Below the pieces are notes generated by a model. That model saw nothing but the letters and a program-made list of their open reading frames with translations, made no database searches and had not been told where the DNA came from. A stretch of DNA of 32,279 nt from Microcystaceae cyanobacterium (lineage in GTDB: Bacteria; Cyanobacteriota; Cyanobacteriia; Cyanobacteriales; Microcystaceae): the NCBI GenBank assembly GCA_041746575.1, contig JBGTGT010000108.1, forward strand, positions 1 through 32,279, written 5' to 3'. Below are positions 1 through 8,855 of this stretch, one piece after another. The first letter of the stretch is position 1, and the number at the start of each line of letters is the position of its first letter. A program made the translations under genes and the position numbers.

Positions 1-210
1 GAGGAATATGAACAATTTTTTTGCCAAATAATTGGACGTCTCGCTCAAATGGACACTGGGGCGGCACTAACTTACAGATAAAGCGCGCTAGGCGAGGATC
101 ACGGACGTCCATGTCATCTAACCAGTGTTTGATAGGTTTGATAGGATTGAGGGGGATTTCCGTCTTCTACGTCTTCTTTTTTTCTTCTGTCCAGCAATAC
201 TCGATGACAC
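1..210 (-). CDS. Mo-dependent nitrogenase C-terminal domain (Mo-nitro_C) family protein; runs off the left edge, apparent frameshift near 149-166
   Basis: Minus strand from ~151 reads LNPIKPIKHWLDDMDVRDPRLARFICKLVPPQCPFERDVQLFGKKIVHIP, containing the family motif C..P.QCPFERD....G....HIP. GTG at 210, with GAGGAAG upstream, gives MSSSIAGQKKKRRRRRRKSP in the adjacent frame. One extra base in the G5 run at 151-155 would fuse the two frames. Confidence 0.75.
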
Positions 211-371
211 GGTGATTTTTCTTCCTCACTCCAAACAGAACAGCAGCTTAATTAAGGGATGTTTAATAAGATTTAGTATAAGGATTATTCTGTAGCTTAC
301 ACTAATTTGATGATTAGTCAAACGTCAAGACAATTTTGGATTTTGAGTTCTAGAGGGGAGAGAGGGATAAC

Positions 372-502
372 GGCATAGCTAAATATAATGTTGATCAAGC
401 AGGAAGAGGAACTTTGTATAGCGCCCCATGTAATATACTGATAATAATCTACCTTTCTATTAAAGCAAATTTTCAACCTTATCAACATTATTCAGCACCG
501 CC
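372..502. mobile_element. Degenerate MITE-like element (~131 bp) with GGC...GCT-type ends
   Basis: Perfect 11-bp inverted repeat ATAATGTTGAT (385-395) / ATCAACATTAT (481-491), extended by imperfect outer arms GGCATAGCTAA / TCAGCACCGCC. No target duplication visible. Confidence 0.35.
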
Positions 503-579
503 AAATGATTAGGATACGAACAGACGAAATTGAAATTTGTCGCCGAGTAAATGTTTTAACCTTATTGACCCGAATTTAA

Positions 580-2148
580 TTAACCCGATAGATCCCTCGT
601 ATGAACTGTATTCAGCGATTCCAATTTTTCAACAATTCTCGGTTTTAATTTTTCAAATTCCGCTTTGAGCATCCGTTTAGTAATCTGGGGTTTTCCTCCC
701 TTCAGCACTTGGCTAGAATCTGCCCAATCCGTTAAGGTACGACACTGATTTGGCGCAATCGTAGAAGTCATCACGTGCTGACACTGTTTTCCTTTTTCAA
801 GGGCAAAAAAGAGGAGTAAATAAGACCCTGATTCTCCTAGTAGGCGGGCAAATCGTTGACCCGATACCGTTTTCAAATCTAAGTAACAAGGTAACCACTT
901 CGACCCATAAATTTGATGGTGAAGCACCGTAATCCATAATAACATCGGATGGGGGCTTTTCATCAATAGAAACTGATTATATCGAATACTATTCATACGG
1001 CTCAAAATGTCTTGCTCCTCCAACATAATCCATAGACTGGGAAACTGATAATTTCCGTCACGCACAATATTAGGAAAAACAATTTTTTGTTGAGGTTTAT
1101 CATTTGGCCAAAGCATTCTGTAACAAATATCGAGATTAACATCGGGTTTCGCCATCGTTGCTGTCTTCGCATTGATGGCAGTCTTATTGATCATCGTCGC
1201 TTCGTTGTCATTAGGAACGACCATTGTGGGGGCTTGAGTAAAATCGTTTTTCCCATTATCAATAGGCAAAGGTTGATGGGGTTCAATCACTTCCAATATC
1301 TTGAGGACATCGCTGACGGTTTGAGGGCGGTCTCTTGGATCTTTGGCCAAACATCCCCCCACTAACTCATGAAGTTTAGAGGGTAAATTGAGATTTGAAC
1401 CAAGAGAACGGGGTTTTGCGTAGTGATGGGCTTCGTACCAACCGCCAAAGGAAGAATTTTCTGGAAAAATAGGCATTTCTCCCGTTAGCATCTCGTACAT
1501 CATGATGCCCAAACTATAGATATCCGACCGATTATCCAGTTCTTTGCCTTCCATTTGTTCGGGGGAACAATAAGCGAGCGTTCCCATGAAGGATTGAGTT
1601 TGGTTTTTTTCCTGTTGAACCACTCGTGCAATGCCAAAATCGAGAATTTTCACCAATTCACCCAAGGTTGAATCCTGAATAACCAAAATGTTACTGGGTT
1701 TAATATCGCGATGCACTACCTGAGATACTTCTCCTTGGAACATGATGCCTTGATGCGCACAATCCAAACCAAAACAAATTTGACGGATTAATTTTAAAAA
1801 ACGACCTAAAGATAAAGGGCGAAATTTGATCACTTCGCTCAGACTTTCTCCTTGCAAAAATTCCATAACATAAAAAGGAATTTCCTTCTCATCTATCCCA
1901 TAATCTCTTACTTTGACAATATGAATGCTTCTCTCCCCCAAAAGCGCAGATATAGTCGCCTCTCCTTCAAATTTCTCTTTCATTCGGCTGCTAAGAAGAG
2001 CTTGAGACAAAAATTTAACAGCAACGGTTACGCCACCGAGTAACTTATCTTCGGCGCGATAGACTTGACCCATCGCACCACTACCGATCAAATCGATCAG
2101 TTGATAGCGGTTAGCGAGTAAACGACGATGTCTAGAATCTGCGGCCAT
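580..2148 (-). CDS. spkA: Hanks-type Ser/Thr protein kinase SpkA
   Basis: Kinase motifs GSGAMGQVY, VAVK, HRDIKPSN, DFG, SPEQ and DIYSLG. The N-terminus DSRHRRLLANRYQL and ~520-aa length match Synechocystis SpkA as recalled. Confidence 0.9.
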   Translation of the reverse strand: MAADSRHRRLLANRYQLIDLIGSGAMGQVYRAEDKLLGGVTVAVKFLSQALLSSRMKEKFEGEATISALLGERSIHIVKVRDYGIDEKEIPFYVMEFLQGESLSEVIKFRPLSLGRFLKLIRQICFGLDCAHQGIMFQGEVSQVVHRDIKPSNILVIQDSTLGELVKILDFGIARVVQQEKNQTQSFMGTLAYCSPEQMEGKELDNRSDIYSLGIMMYEMLTGEMPIFPENSSFGGWYEAHHYAKPRSLGSNLNLPSKLHELVGGCLAKDPRDRPQTVSDVLKILEVIEPHQPLPIDNGKNDFTQAPTMVVPNDNEATMINKTAINAKTATMAKPDVNLDICYRMLWPNDKPQQKIVFPNIVRDGNYQFPSLWIMLEEQDILSRMNSIRYNQFLLMKSPHPMLLWITVLHHQIYGSKWLPCYLDLKTVSGQRFARLLGESGSYLLLFFALEKGKQCQHVMTSTIAPNQCRTLTDWADSSQVLKGGKPQITKRMLKAEFEKLKPRIVEKLESLNTVHTRDLSG

Positions 2149-2239
2149 GGTAATTATAGGGGTAAGGGGATGACAAGGGGAAAATTTGAGATTATGAAAT
2201 AAACGATTTTTAAGAAAAAATTAGGACATTCTCATATTA

Positions 2240-2686
2240 TTAATCTTGACGTTCTAGAATAGCTTCCATAGTACTGGTGAGATAGTGTCCAGCTAAGATA
2301 CCGCTCGAAAAGTGATAGGTTCGCTCATCAATTTGATAAAAGGTTTCAAAACCACTACGTCTTTGGCGATCGCCTAATACCCAATACCGTTGAATAATCG
2401 AATTTTGAGCAATCCACCCTTCTCCTTCGATCCGTCCTAACAGACTTTGCTGTAAAACGTAGGTGTACTGTCGTTCTTCTTCGTCAAGACGGCCTCGGTA
2501 TTGAAAAGCAATGTCTTCTCGATCTTCGCTTTCGGGAAAAACCAGTTTTGTGACCATAGTGAACCAATTATCTAAACTCCACGCCACGAGGGTTCGACCT
2601 TTGACCAAAAGAGGCATTTGATTGTGTTCCAGCCAATGTCCTTCCACTGTCCAGCGTCCGGCTTCCATTAAAAAGCTGTGCGTCAA
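2240..2686 (-). CDS. Conserved cyanobacterial hypothetical protein (148 aa)
   Basis: Open frame with a TTG start preceded by SD AAAGGAG; co-oriented with spkA; beta-strand-like pattern. Confidence 0.8.
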   Translation of the reverse strand: MTHSFLMEAGRWTVEGHWLEHNQMPLLVKGRTLVAWSLDNWFTMVTKLVFPESEDREDIAFQYRGRLDEEERQYTYVLQQSLLGRIEGEGWIAQNSIIQRYWVLGDRQRRSGFETFYQIDERTYHFSSGILAGHYLTSTMEAILERQD

Positions 2687-2831
2687 TTGATTACTCCTTT
2701 GTTATTGATGTACGCTCGCTTAGGGGCATCGGATCATTGGGTGCAGGGAGATAAAATCCCTTTCACACGTCCTCCTTTATCTTTCCCGAAAATCCAGCAG
2801 AAATAACAGGGGAATCAAGTTTTCCTTAGAC

Positions 2832-2844
2832 ACGTGAGTTCGAC
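2832..2844. repeat. Solo IS982-type terminal inverted repeat
   Basis: ACGTGAGTTCGAC, identical to the IS end at 30863-30875 and the MITE ends at 17527 and 17714. No intact partner nearby. Confidence 0.7.
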
Positions 2845-2920
2845 TTGTGGAGTTAATTTTTGGGTTATTGATGCTATCGTCTTGTTGTCTCCCTACTCTT
2901 ATAGGACAGACGTCAATCAG

Positions 2921-3256
2921 TTATCCCCCACTAATTTTAACTTTGTAACCTAATTCTGTTAGTAATTGTAATAATTTCTGGCGATGATCTCCTTGAATTT
3001 CAAGGCTATTTTCTTTCAATGTTCCACCGCTTCCGCACTGAGTTTTCAGTTTTTTAAGCAATTGGGAAAGGGCTGAATCATTATGTTGAAAACCACTAAT
3101 GACTGTAACGATTTTGCCTTTGCGGCCTGCTTTGGTCGCTTGTATTCTAATATTTTGCTGATTCGGGGGTAAATCGGGGGTCCCCCTTTCTAAGGCTTTA
3201 TTATCCGAAGATTGACCAAATTCTTGATAGACGAGTTTTGAGGATTTTTTAGACAT
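2921..3256 (-). CDS. yciH: Translation initiation factor SUI1/YciH family protein
   Basis: Motifs GRKGKIVTVISG, KKLKTQCGSGGT and IQGDHR. Start moved to ATG 3256 (MSKKSSKLVY), since the longer ORF-track extension looks non-coding. Confidence 0.9.
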   Translation of the reverse strand: MSKKSSKLVYQEFGQSSDNKALERGTPDLPPNQQNIRIQATKAGRKGKIVTVISGFQHNDSALSQLLKKLKTQCGSGGTLKENSLEIQGDHRQKLLQLLTELGYKVKISGG

Positions 3257-3332
3257 TGTAAAGAGAATGACAACGGGTAACTTTTGAGTAAAATAATAAA
3301 TAGGCAAACGCCAATCAATTTAAAATTCTCTC

Positions 3333-4217
3333 ATGACCTTATTTCCTGATTTTACCACTTATACGCTACAGACAGCTGAAGGAATGATTCATTTAATAAA
3401 AGGGGGTCAAGGATTTCCCTTATTGTTATTACATGGTTATCCCCAAAATCATGTGATGTGGCATAAAATTGCCCCTTTGCTAGCAAAAGACTTCACCGTA
3501 ATTGCAACGGATTTACGAGGATATGGCCAGAGTTTTAAACCGCAAGGACAATCAGACCATCGCAATTATCGTAAACGGGTAATGGCGCAGGATCAAGTCC
3601 AAATCATGAATCAACTGGGCTATGATCAATTTTACCTGATAGGTCATGATCGAGGGGCAAGAGTCGCCCATCGTTTAACTTTAGATTATTCTGAAAAAGT
3701 GAAGAAATTAGGGTTAATTGATATTGCGCCAACTTTAGATATGTATCAAATGACTGATCAAGAATTCGCCACCGCTTATTATCATTGGTTTTTCTTAATT
3801 CAACCCTATCCCTTACCTGAACAATTAATTTTGCATAATGCTGAATATTATTTACGTCATTGTCTAAGGAGTTGGAGTCATCAACCGGATGCTTTTACAG
3901 AAGAGATTATCCAACATTATTTAACCTGTTTTTGTTGTCAGGAAACCATTCATTCTACTTGCGAAGATTATCGAGCTTCTGCTACCATTGATCTTATTGA
4001 TGATCAAGCCGATAGAGCGCGCAAAATTCAATGTCCTGTACTACTGCTATGGGGTAAACAAGGGGTGATTGAGAAAAAGTATGATGTCTTAAAATTGTGG
4101 CAAGAAAGAGCCATTAATCTTCAAGGAAAATCTTTTGATTGTGGTCATTTTTTAGCAGAAGAACTTCCCCAACAATCTTATGAAGTAATTCGAGACTTTT
4201 TACTAAAAGATAACTGA
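3333..4217 (+). CDS. Alpha/beta hydrolase, fluoroacetate/haloacetate dehalogenase family
   Basis: Motifs HGYPQ, GHDRGAR (Asp nucleophile plus two Arg), LIDIAPT, YYHWFF, CEDYRA and CGHFLAEE. Confidence 0.88.
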   Translation: MTLFPDFTTYTLQTAEGMIHLIKGGQGFPLLLLHGYPQNHVMWHKIAPLLAKDFTVIATDLRGYGQSFKPQGQSDHRNYRKRVMAQDQVQIMNQLGYDQFYLIGHDRGARVAHRLTLDYSEKVKKLGLIDIAPTLDMYQMTDQEFATAYYHWFFLIQPYPLPEQLILHNAEYYLRHCLRSWSHQPDAFTEEIIQHYLTCFCCQETIHSTCEDYRASATIDLIDDQADRARKIQCPVLLLWGKQGVIEKKYDVLKLWQERAINLQGKSFDCGHFLAEELPQQSYEVIRDFLLKDN

Positions 4218-4280
4218 GAAGATTGACGATATAATAATGGTCATCATCGGATTTTAATTGACTTTTTACTATCGACTAAA

Positions 4281-5090
4281 ATGATTCACGGTTTTATCCC
4301 CCCCCATCGTTTTTTCCCTTATCTGACTTGGCAAGAGATTGAAACTTTACCCAATAAAGAAAATGTGGTGATTATTCAACCTGTTGGTGCCATTGAACAA
4401 CATGGATATCATTTACCCATTATTGTTGATTCTGCGATCGCAATGGGCATTTTAGGCAAAGCATTAGAGGGATTAGCTTCAGATATTTCTGCCTACGCTT
4501 TACCCTGTTTATACTATGGAAAATCAAATGAACACTGGCATTTTTCAGGCACAATTACTCTTTCTGCAACAACCTTATTATCTATTTTAATGGAAGTCGC
4601 AGACAGTCTTTATCGTTCGGGATTTCGTAAATTGATCTTAATGAATTCCCACGGAGGACAACCTCAAATTATGGAAATTGCGGCTAGAGATATTCATCAA
4701 AAATATCCTGATTTTTCCCTCTTTCCTTTGTTTACATGGCGAGTACCCAATAATGCCAAAGCGTTATTAACACCTCAAGAATTAGAATACGGAATTCATG
4801 CAGGCGATGCCGAAACCAGTTTATTATTGTCCTTATTACCCGATCAAGTGAAAATGGATAAGGCAGTTAAAGAATATCCTCGAGGATTGCCGGAAAATAG
4901 CTTATTAAGTATGGAAGGAAAACTACCTTTTGCTTGGTTAACAAAGGAACTAAGTCAAAGCGGAGTGATGGGAGATGCTACGGTTGCAACGAAAGAAAAA
5001 GGCGATCAATTATTAGCATCTTTGGCTCAAAGTTGGCAACAAGTGATTGAAGAGGTTTATCATTTTCATCAACCCATTTTGAACGGATAG
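4281..5090 (+). CDS. Creatininase / amidohydrolase family protein
   Basis: Metal-binding motifs GAIEQHGYHLP..VD, SNEH, NSHGG and HAGDAETS. Confidence 0.9.
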   Translation: MIHGFIPPHRFFPYLTWQEIETLPNKENVVIIQPVGAIEQHGYHLPIIVDSAIAMGILGKALEGLASDISAYALPCLYYGKSNEHWHFSGTITLSATTLLSILMEVADSLYRSGFRKLILMNSHGGQPQIMEIAARDIHQKYPDFSLFPLFTWRVPNNAKALLTPQELEYGIHAGDAETSLLLSLLPDQVKMDKAVKEYPRGLPENSLLSMEGKLPFAWLTKELSQSGVMGDATVATKEKGDQLLASLAQSWQQVIEEVYHFHQPILNG

Positions 5091-5396
5091 TTAACGCTTA
5101 TCTTCAAAAGATTGAGGTTTGGATGCAGTTGACTTTGTCCTAAAACTTAATAAATTTTGCTCAGGTACAAGCGTTGAGATGACTTGTTCAACTTGTGCAG
5201 CTGAACTCCCTTGATGAAGCCAATAATTAAGCCTATCAAGTACGTTAGAATGGCCTTGGGCTAACACTTCTACTTCTCCGGTCGTTAGATTTCTGACCCA
5301 TCCCTTGAGATTTAATTGTTGCGCTGTGCTAACGGTAGAGGCTCGAAAACCGACTCCCTGCACTTTACCCCGAATAATCCAGTGTCTTGTTTCCAT
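5091..5396 (-). CDS. acyP: Acylphosphatase
   Basis: Signatures GKVQGVGFR and GWVRN; ATG at 5396. Confidence 0.92.
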   Translation of the reverse strand: METRHWIIRGKVQGVGFRASTVSTAQQLNLKGWVRNLTTGEVEVLAQGHSNVLDRLNYWLHQGSSAAQVEQVISTLVPEQNLLSFRTKSTASKPQSFEDKR

Positions 5397-5607
5397 CAAT
5401 CAAAAAATTTGTTTTTTATTATAACATACCTCATTAAATCATTTGATGTTTTACTGTCTTTTTTGACTCTCCAAAATTTAGATAAAAATTAGGTCAAATT
5501 TCTAATTTCGTAAGACTATAAATAGGGTAATACTAAATAACTTGAGTAAAAAAGGGCAAGAATAAGGGGACAAGAACTCAAACGCGATAAGGCTCGTTAT
5601 TACAACC

Positions 5608-7875
5608 TTAAAATTGTGAAAAAATAAGCTGATTATTTTTATAACGCACCGTTTGTTTACCAATAGTTACGAGGGTATTTAAGCCAAATCCTTCAATCTT
5701 AAAGTCAGGAATTTTTTCTTTTTGGAGAGTCATAATTACAAAGAAATTATCTCCGCCACTGGCTCTAATTTGTCCGCCTAATTCATTGGGTTGATAGGTC
5801 ATTTTAACGGATTCAGGGGCAAGAAAAACGCCCTTTAAGGTTGCACCGTTTGCCGATTGAATCAAAAAGGTTTTTTCTGCTTTTTTAAGCGTCACTTTGC
5901 CTGGCGTTTGCATAATCCATGTTTTATCCTGAAAGGGTTTTGCTCTAATATCGCCGACAAATTGATCAACTATTACAAATAAGCCCGGACTACCCGACGC
6001 TTTACTATAATCTACGCCAAAAGAACGCAATAAACTCATTTTAACAACCGAATCTTTTTGCTTGATAATAACAGGAGACGTGGCTAAACTAACGATGCCT
6101 GATCCATTCAAACGAGACTGAAACTTAACTAATTTCGATTCTTTCCATGGTCGAATATGCGGTACAATCACTACATTTTCGTTATGCCAATCGGGTTCGG
6201 ATAATCCCGCGTTCGCCCACTGTTCTCCTAATCCCCAAATGCGAAAACTACCCACGTCAGGAAAAGACCAAGTTCCGCCTAACGGTTTATGTTTAAGATA
6301 AATATTCGCCACAATATCATTGGAATTTTGCCAGCGATTGCGAAAGTTATAAAATCCTTTTTCTGCATCTACTAAAACACGATCATATTGTTTCTCAGGA
6401 TTTTCGGGTTGAATCTTTTGAGGATAACCGACAAAAGCAAAAACCGCTTCATGGGGAAGATTAATATCAGAATTTTTATCTCCTTTTAAGCCTAAATTTT
6501 GTTCAAACAGCCAAAGAATAGCGGGTAATAAGTCAGGAGAACTCAATTCTAACCCCGTAGCAAATAAAGACCTTTCCATGTAGCGGCGATGACGACCATA
6601 AGTGGCAATAGGTAATTGACCTTCGTTTGGAATTGCTCTGCTGAGATAATGGGGCAAAATCCAAGCAGGTTTGGCATTTGTAATTAAATCTTGTCCCATC
6701 GCATTGCGATAGGCAATCAAAAAGGGAAAAACAGTTAATACAAGGGGTTCTGTCGTGTAATGGTCGCCTTCTGTCCCAAAACCCCGATTACCGATGGCCG
6801 TGGTGAAATATCGCTTAATCTGACGCTGTGCCATCATCGCTTGAGAAGTGACGGATAAATGGAGGTCTGTTGGGGGTAAACTGGGGTCATCCATAATCGC
6901 TAAAGCCGCTAATCCTGCCGCCCCTTTTGCTCTAGCATTCCAATTACTCCCAGGGTTACTATTCCAGCCATTTTGAGGCGAATCTCCCCGCATTAGGTTG
7001 TTGATTTGGCCTTGTAACCATCGTGTGACTTGTTGACGACGGGTTTCTGTCCAAAAGGGGTAACATAAATCATAAGCGAGGGCAATTCCGGCTACCGTTG
7101 GGGACTGTTTTAACAAAGTGTCTTCTGGTTTTTGCATTGAATTTTCCACCAGTTGCCATCCTCTGTCGGCAGATGAAGTATCTTGGTTCAAAACGGCAAA
7201 AAAGCAGTGACCTGTCGCCTGATATCCTCCATTGGGAACAAAACCTTGGTAATGAGGTGGTTTTTGCAATGATTTCTTTAATTGAGTTAAAATGGCTTGA
7301 CCTTGGGGTGTTTTTGCTTTTTCCCGTAATGCGGAGAGTTGAGACGAACGAAAAACAAGGCGAGGATGCTCTTGCGACTGAAGCGGTTGATAATGGGGGA
7401 CAGGAATTGGCCAAAGGGGATTTATTTGGCCGATGACACTACCTTTTAAGCTTTTTTGATTAAATTTTCCTTGGTAACTGCCAATTATTCCGCCTTTATA
7501 AGGAATAAGTTTAATTTTATAATCAGCCGGTTGTACCTCTGTTTGCCAAGGATGGGGTTGAATGTTTAAATTAACATTTAACTGCCAAATTGAATCGGTT
7601 TTAAGGACTTTTACTGTGCCTAAGTGGTCGACATCTTGGTTATATTTCGGTGCATAGCCCCATGCTTGGGGTTGACATTGACCGCGCTCGCAGACTAAAT
7701 CTAAGGTCATGTCTTGATAGATAGGTTGCTCTTCCCACAGTTTCCAAACCCCGTGTTTCAAGGTTAAATGAATATTGCCTGTCAGTTTATCTAAATCAAG
7801 AGCTTGAAATTGAGGGAAATCAGAGCCTTTCAATAAAAAAATAAAAGGCAATAGAAGAAAATAAGGAATTTTCAT
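5608..7875 (-). CDS. Probably secreted heparinase II/III-like (polysaccharide lyase/epimerase fold) protein, ~755 aa
   Basis: Signal-peptide-like MKIPYFLLLPFIFLL from ATG 7875. Segments EHPRLVF, LAYDLCY, SNW, G.G.EGDHY, GFYNFRNRW and PDVGSFRI resemble the alpha-toroid plus beta-sandwich lyase superfamily. The gene is clear; the family call is an inference. Confidence 0.6.
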   Translation of the reverse strand: MKIPYFLLLPFIFLLKGSDFPQFQALDLDKLTGNIHLTLKHGVWKLWEEQPIYQDMTLDLVCERGQCQPQAWGYAPKYNQDVDHLGTVKVLKTDSIWQLNVNLNIQPHPWQTEVQPADYKIKLIPYKGGIIGSYQGKFNQKSLKGSVIGQINPLWPIPVPHYQPLQSQEHPRLVFRSSQLSALREKAKTPQGQAILTQLKKSLQKPPHYQGFVPNGGYQATGHCFFAVLNQDTSSADRGWQLVENSMQKPEDTLLKQSPTVAGIALAYDLCYPFWTETRRQQVTRWLQGQINNLMRGDSPQNGWNSNPGSNWNARAKGAAGLAALAIMDDPSLPPTDLHLSVTSQAMMAQRQIKRYFTTAIGNRGFGTEGDHYTTEPLVLTVFPFLIAYRNAMGQDLITNAKPAWILPHYLSRAIPNEGQLPIATYGRHRRYMERSLFATGLELSSPDLLPAILWLFEQNLGLKGDKNSDINLPHEAVFAFVGYPQKIQPENPEKQYDRVLVDAEKGFYNFRNRWQNSNDIVANIYLKHKPLGGTWSFPDVGSFRIWGLGEQWANAGLSEPDWHNENVVIVPHIRPWKESKLVKFQSRLNGSGIVSLATSPVIIKQKDSVVKMSLLRSFGVDYSKASGSPGLFVIVDQFVGDIRAKPFQDKTWIMQTPGKVTLKKAEKTFLIQSANGATLKGVFLAPESVKMTYQPNELGGQIRASGGDNFFVIMTLQKEKIPDFKIEGFGLNTLVTIGKQTVRYKNNQLIFSQF

Positions 7876-7892
7876 GGTTAAATTAGATTCAT

Positions 7893-8756
7893 TCAACGGA
7901 ATAATAAGACGGGAATCGGACTCAGACGAAGTAATTGCGTCGTCGTACTGCCAATAACGAGATGGCGAATGCGGTTATGACCGTAAGCTCCCATTAATAA
8001 AAGACTGATATCTTGAGCTTTGATGTAATCAGTTATTATTTTTTCTCGCTCTCCTTCTAAAAAGCGACATGTTGGCTTAAATCCGGCTTTCTGGGCAATT
8101 TGCTTGGCTTCTTCCAGACGAGTTTGGGCAAGCGTATCAGAGACATTTTTAAGAACCGTGACAATGTGTAACTCTAACCCTTTAAAGGCTGATGAAGTTA
8201 CCAAAAATTGCAACATTTTCTGACAACTCGGACTACCATCATAGGCTAAAAGGAGTCTTTCAATGGGCTTATATCGATGAGAAGTGACAAAGCAAGGTTT
8301 ATGGCTAGCACGAATAATTCTTTCTAAATTCGCCCCTAAATGGCCAGACGCAAAGTCTGCACCTTCCCCTCGTTTACCGAGAACAATTAAGTCGGCATTC
8401 ACTTCAAATTGATGAAAAATATCGACGAGGAAACCCGTTTCGTGAATTAGGTTAACTTTATCAAGATTTTTCGTCTCAAAAAAGTGTTGAGCATGGTCTA
8501 AAATCAACTTAGCCCGTTGATGATTAAGTTTGGCTTTTTCATGTTCTAACTCAACCAATTTATTAAGTAGTTCTTTAGAAGCATCCAGTCCGATTGTACC
8601 ACTCAAGTTATTCGTCAAAGCAACTTTCTGACTCCGAAGATCGGTGACATAAAGGACATCAATACAGGCATCAAAGCGATAGGCAAGCCATGCGACATAT
8701 TCGTACATACTTGGGGCAAAACGTGAACCATCGGTACACAATAAAATTCGTTTCAT
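7893..8756 (-). CDS. Universal stress protein (tandem USP domains)
   Basis: MKRILLCTDGS start (ATG 8756), DLIVLGKRG and LGANLERI; second domain LLAYDGS and MGAYGH....LVIGSTT. Confidence 0.92.
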   Translation of the reverse strand: MKRILLCTDGSRFAPSMYEYVAWLAYRFDACIDVLYVTDLRSQKVALTNNLSGTIGLDASKELLNKLVELEHEKAKLNHQRAKLILDHAQHFFETKNLDKVNLIHETGFLVDIFHQFEVNADLIVLGKRGEGADFASGHLGANLERIIRASHKPCFVTSHRYKPIERLLLAYDGSPSCQKMLQFLVTSSAFKGLELHIVTVLKNVSDTLAQTRLEEAKQIAQKAGFKPTCRFLEGEREKIITDYIKAQDISLLLMGAYGHNRIRHLVIGSTTTQLLRLSPIPVLLFR

Positions 8757-8855
8757 GTCATTTAAGGTGATGAGTGTCAATAAACTTAAAAGGAAAATAG
8801 AGAATCGTTCATCGTTCAATTTTCAACGATACACCTCACTCCTTTTAATAAAAAT

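Noticed and set aside
21..215. 64-aa plus-strand ORF
   Set aside because: Antisense shadow of the Mo-nitro_C family gene on the minus strand.
2701..2873. 10-bp direct repeat GTTATTGATG at 2701 and 2864 as a possible target duplication
   Set aside because: No inverted repeats just inside the copies; a chance match in AT-rich DNA is plausible.
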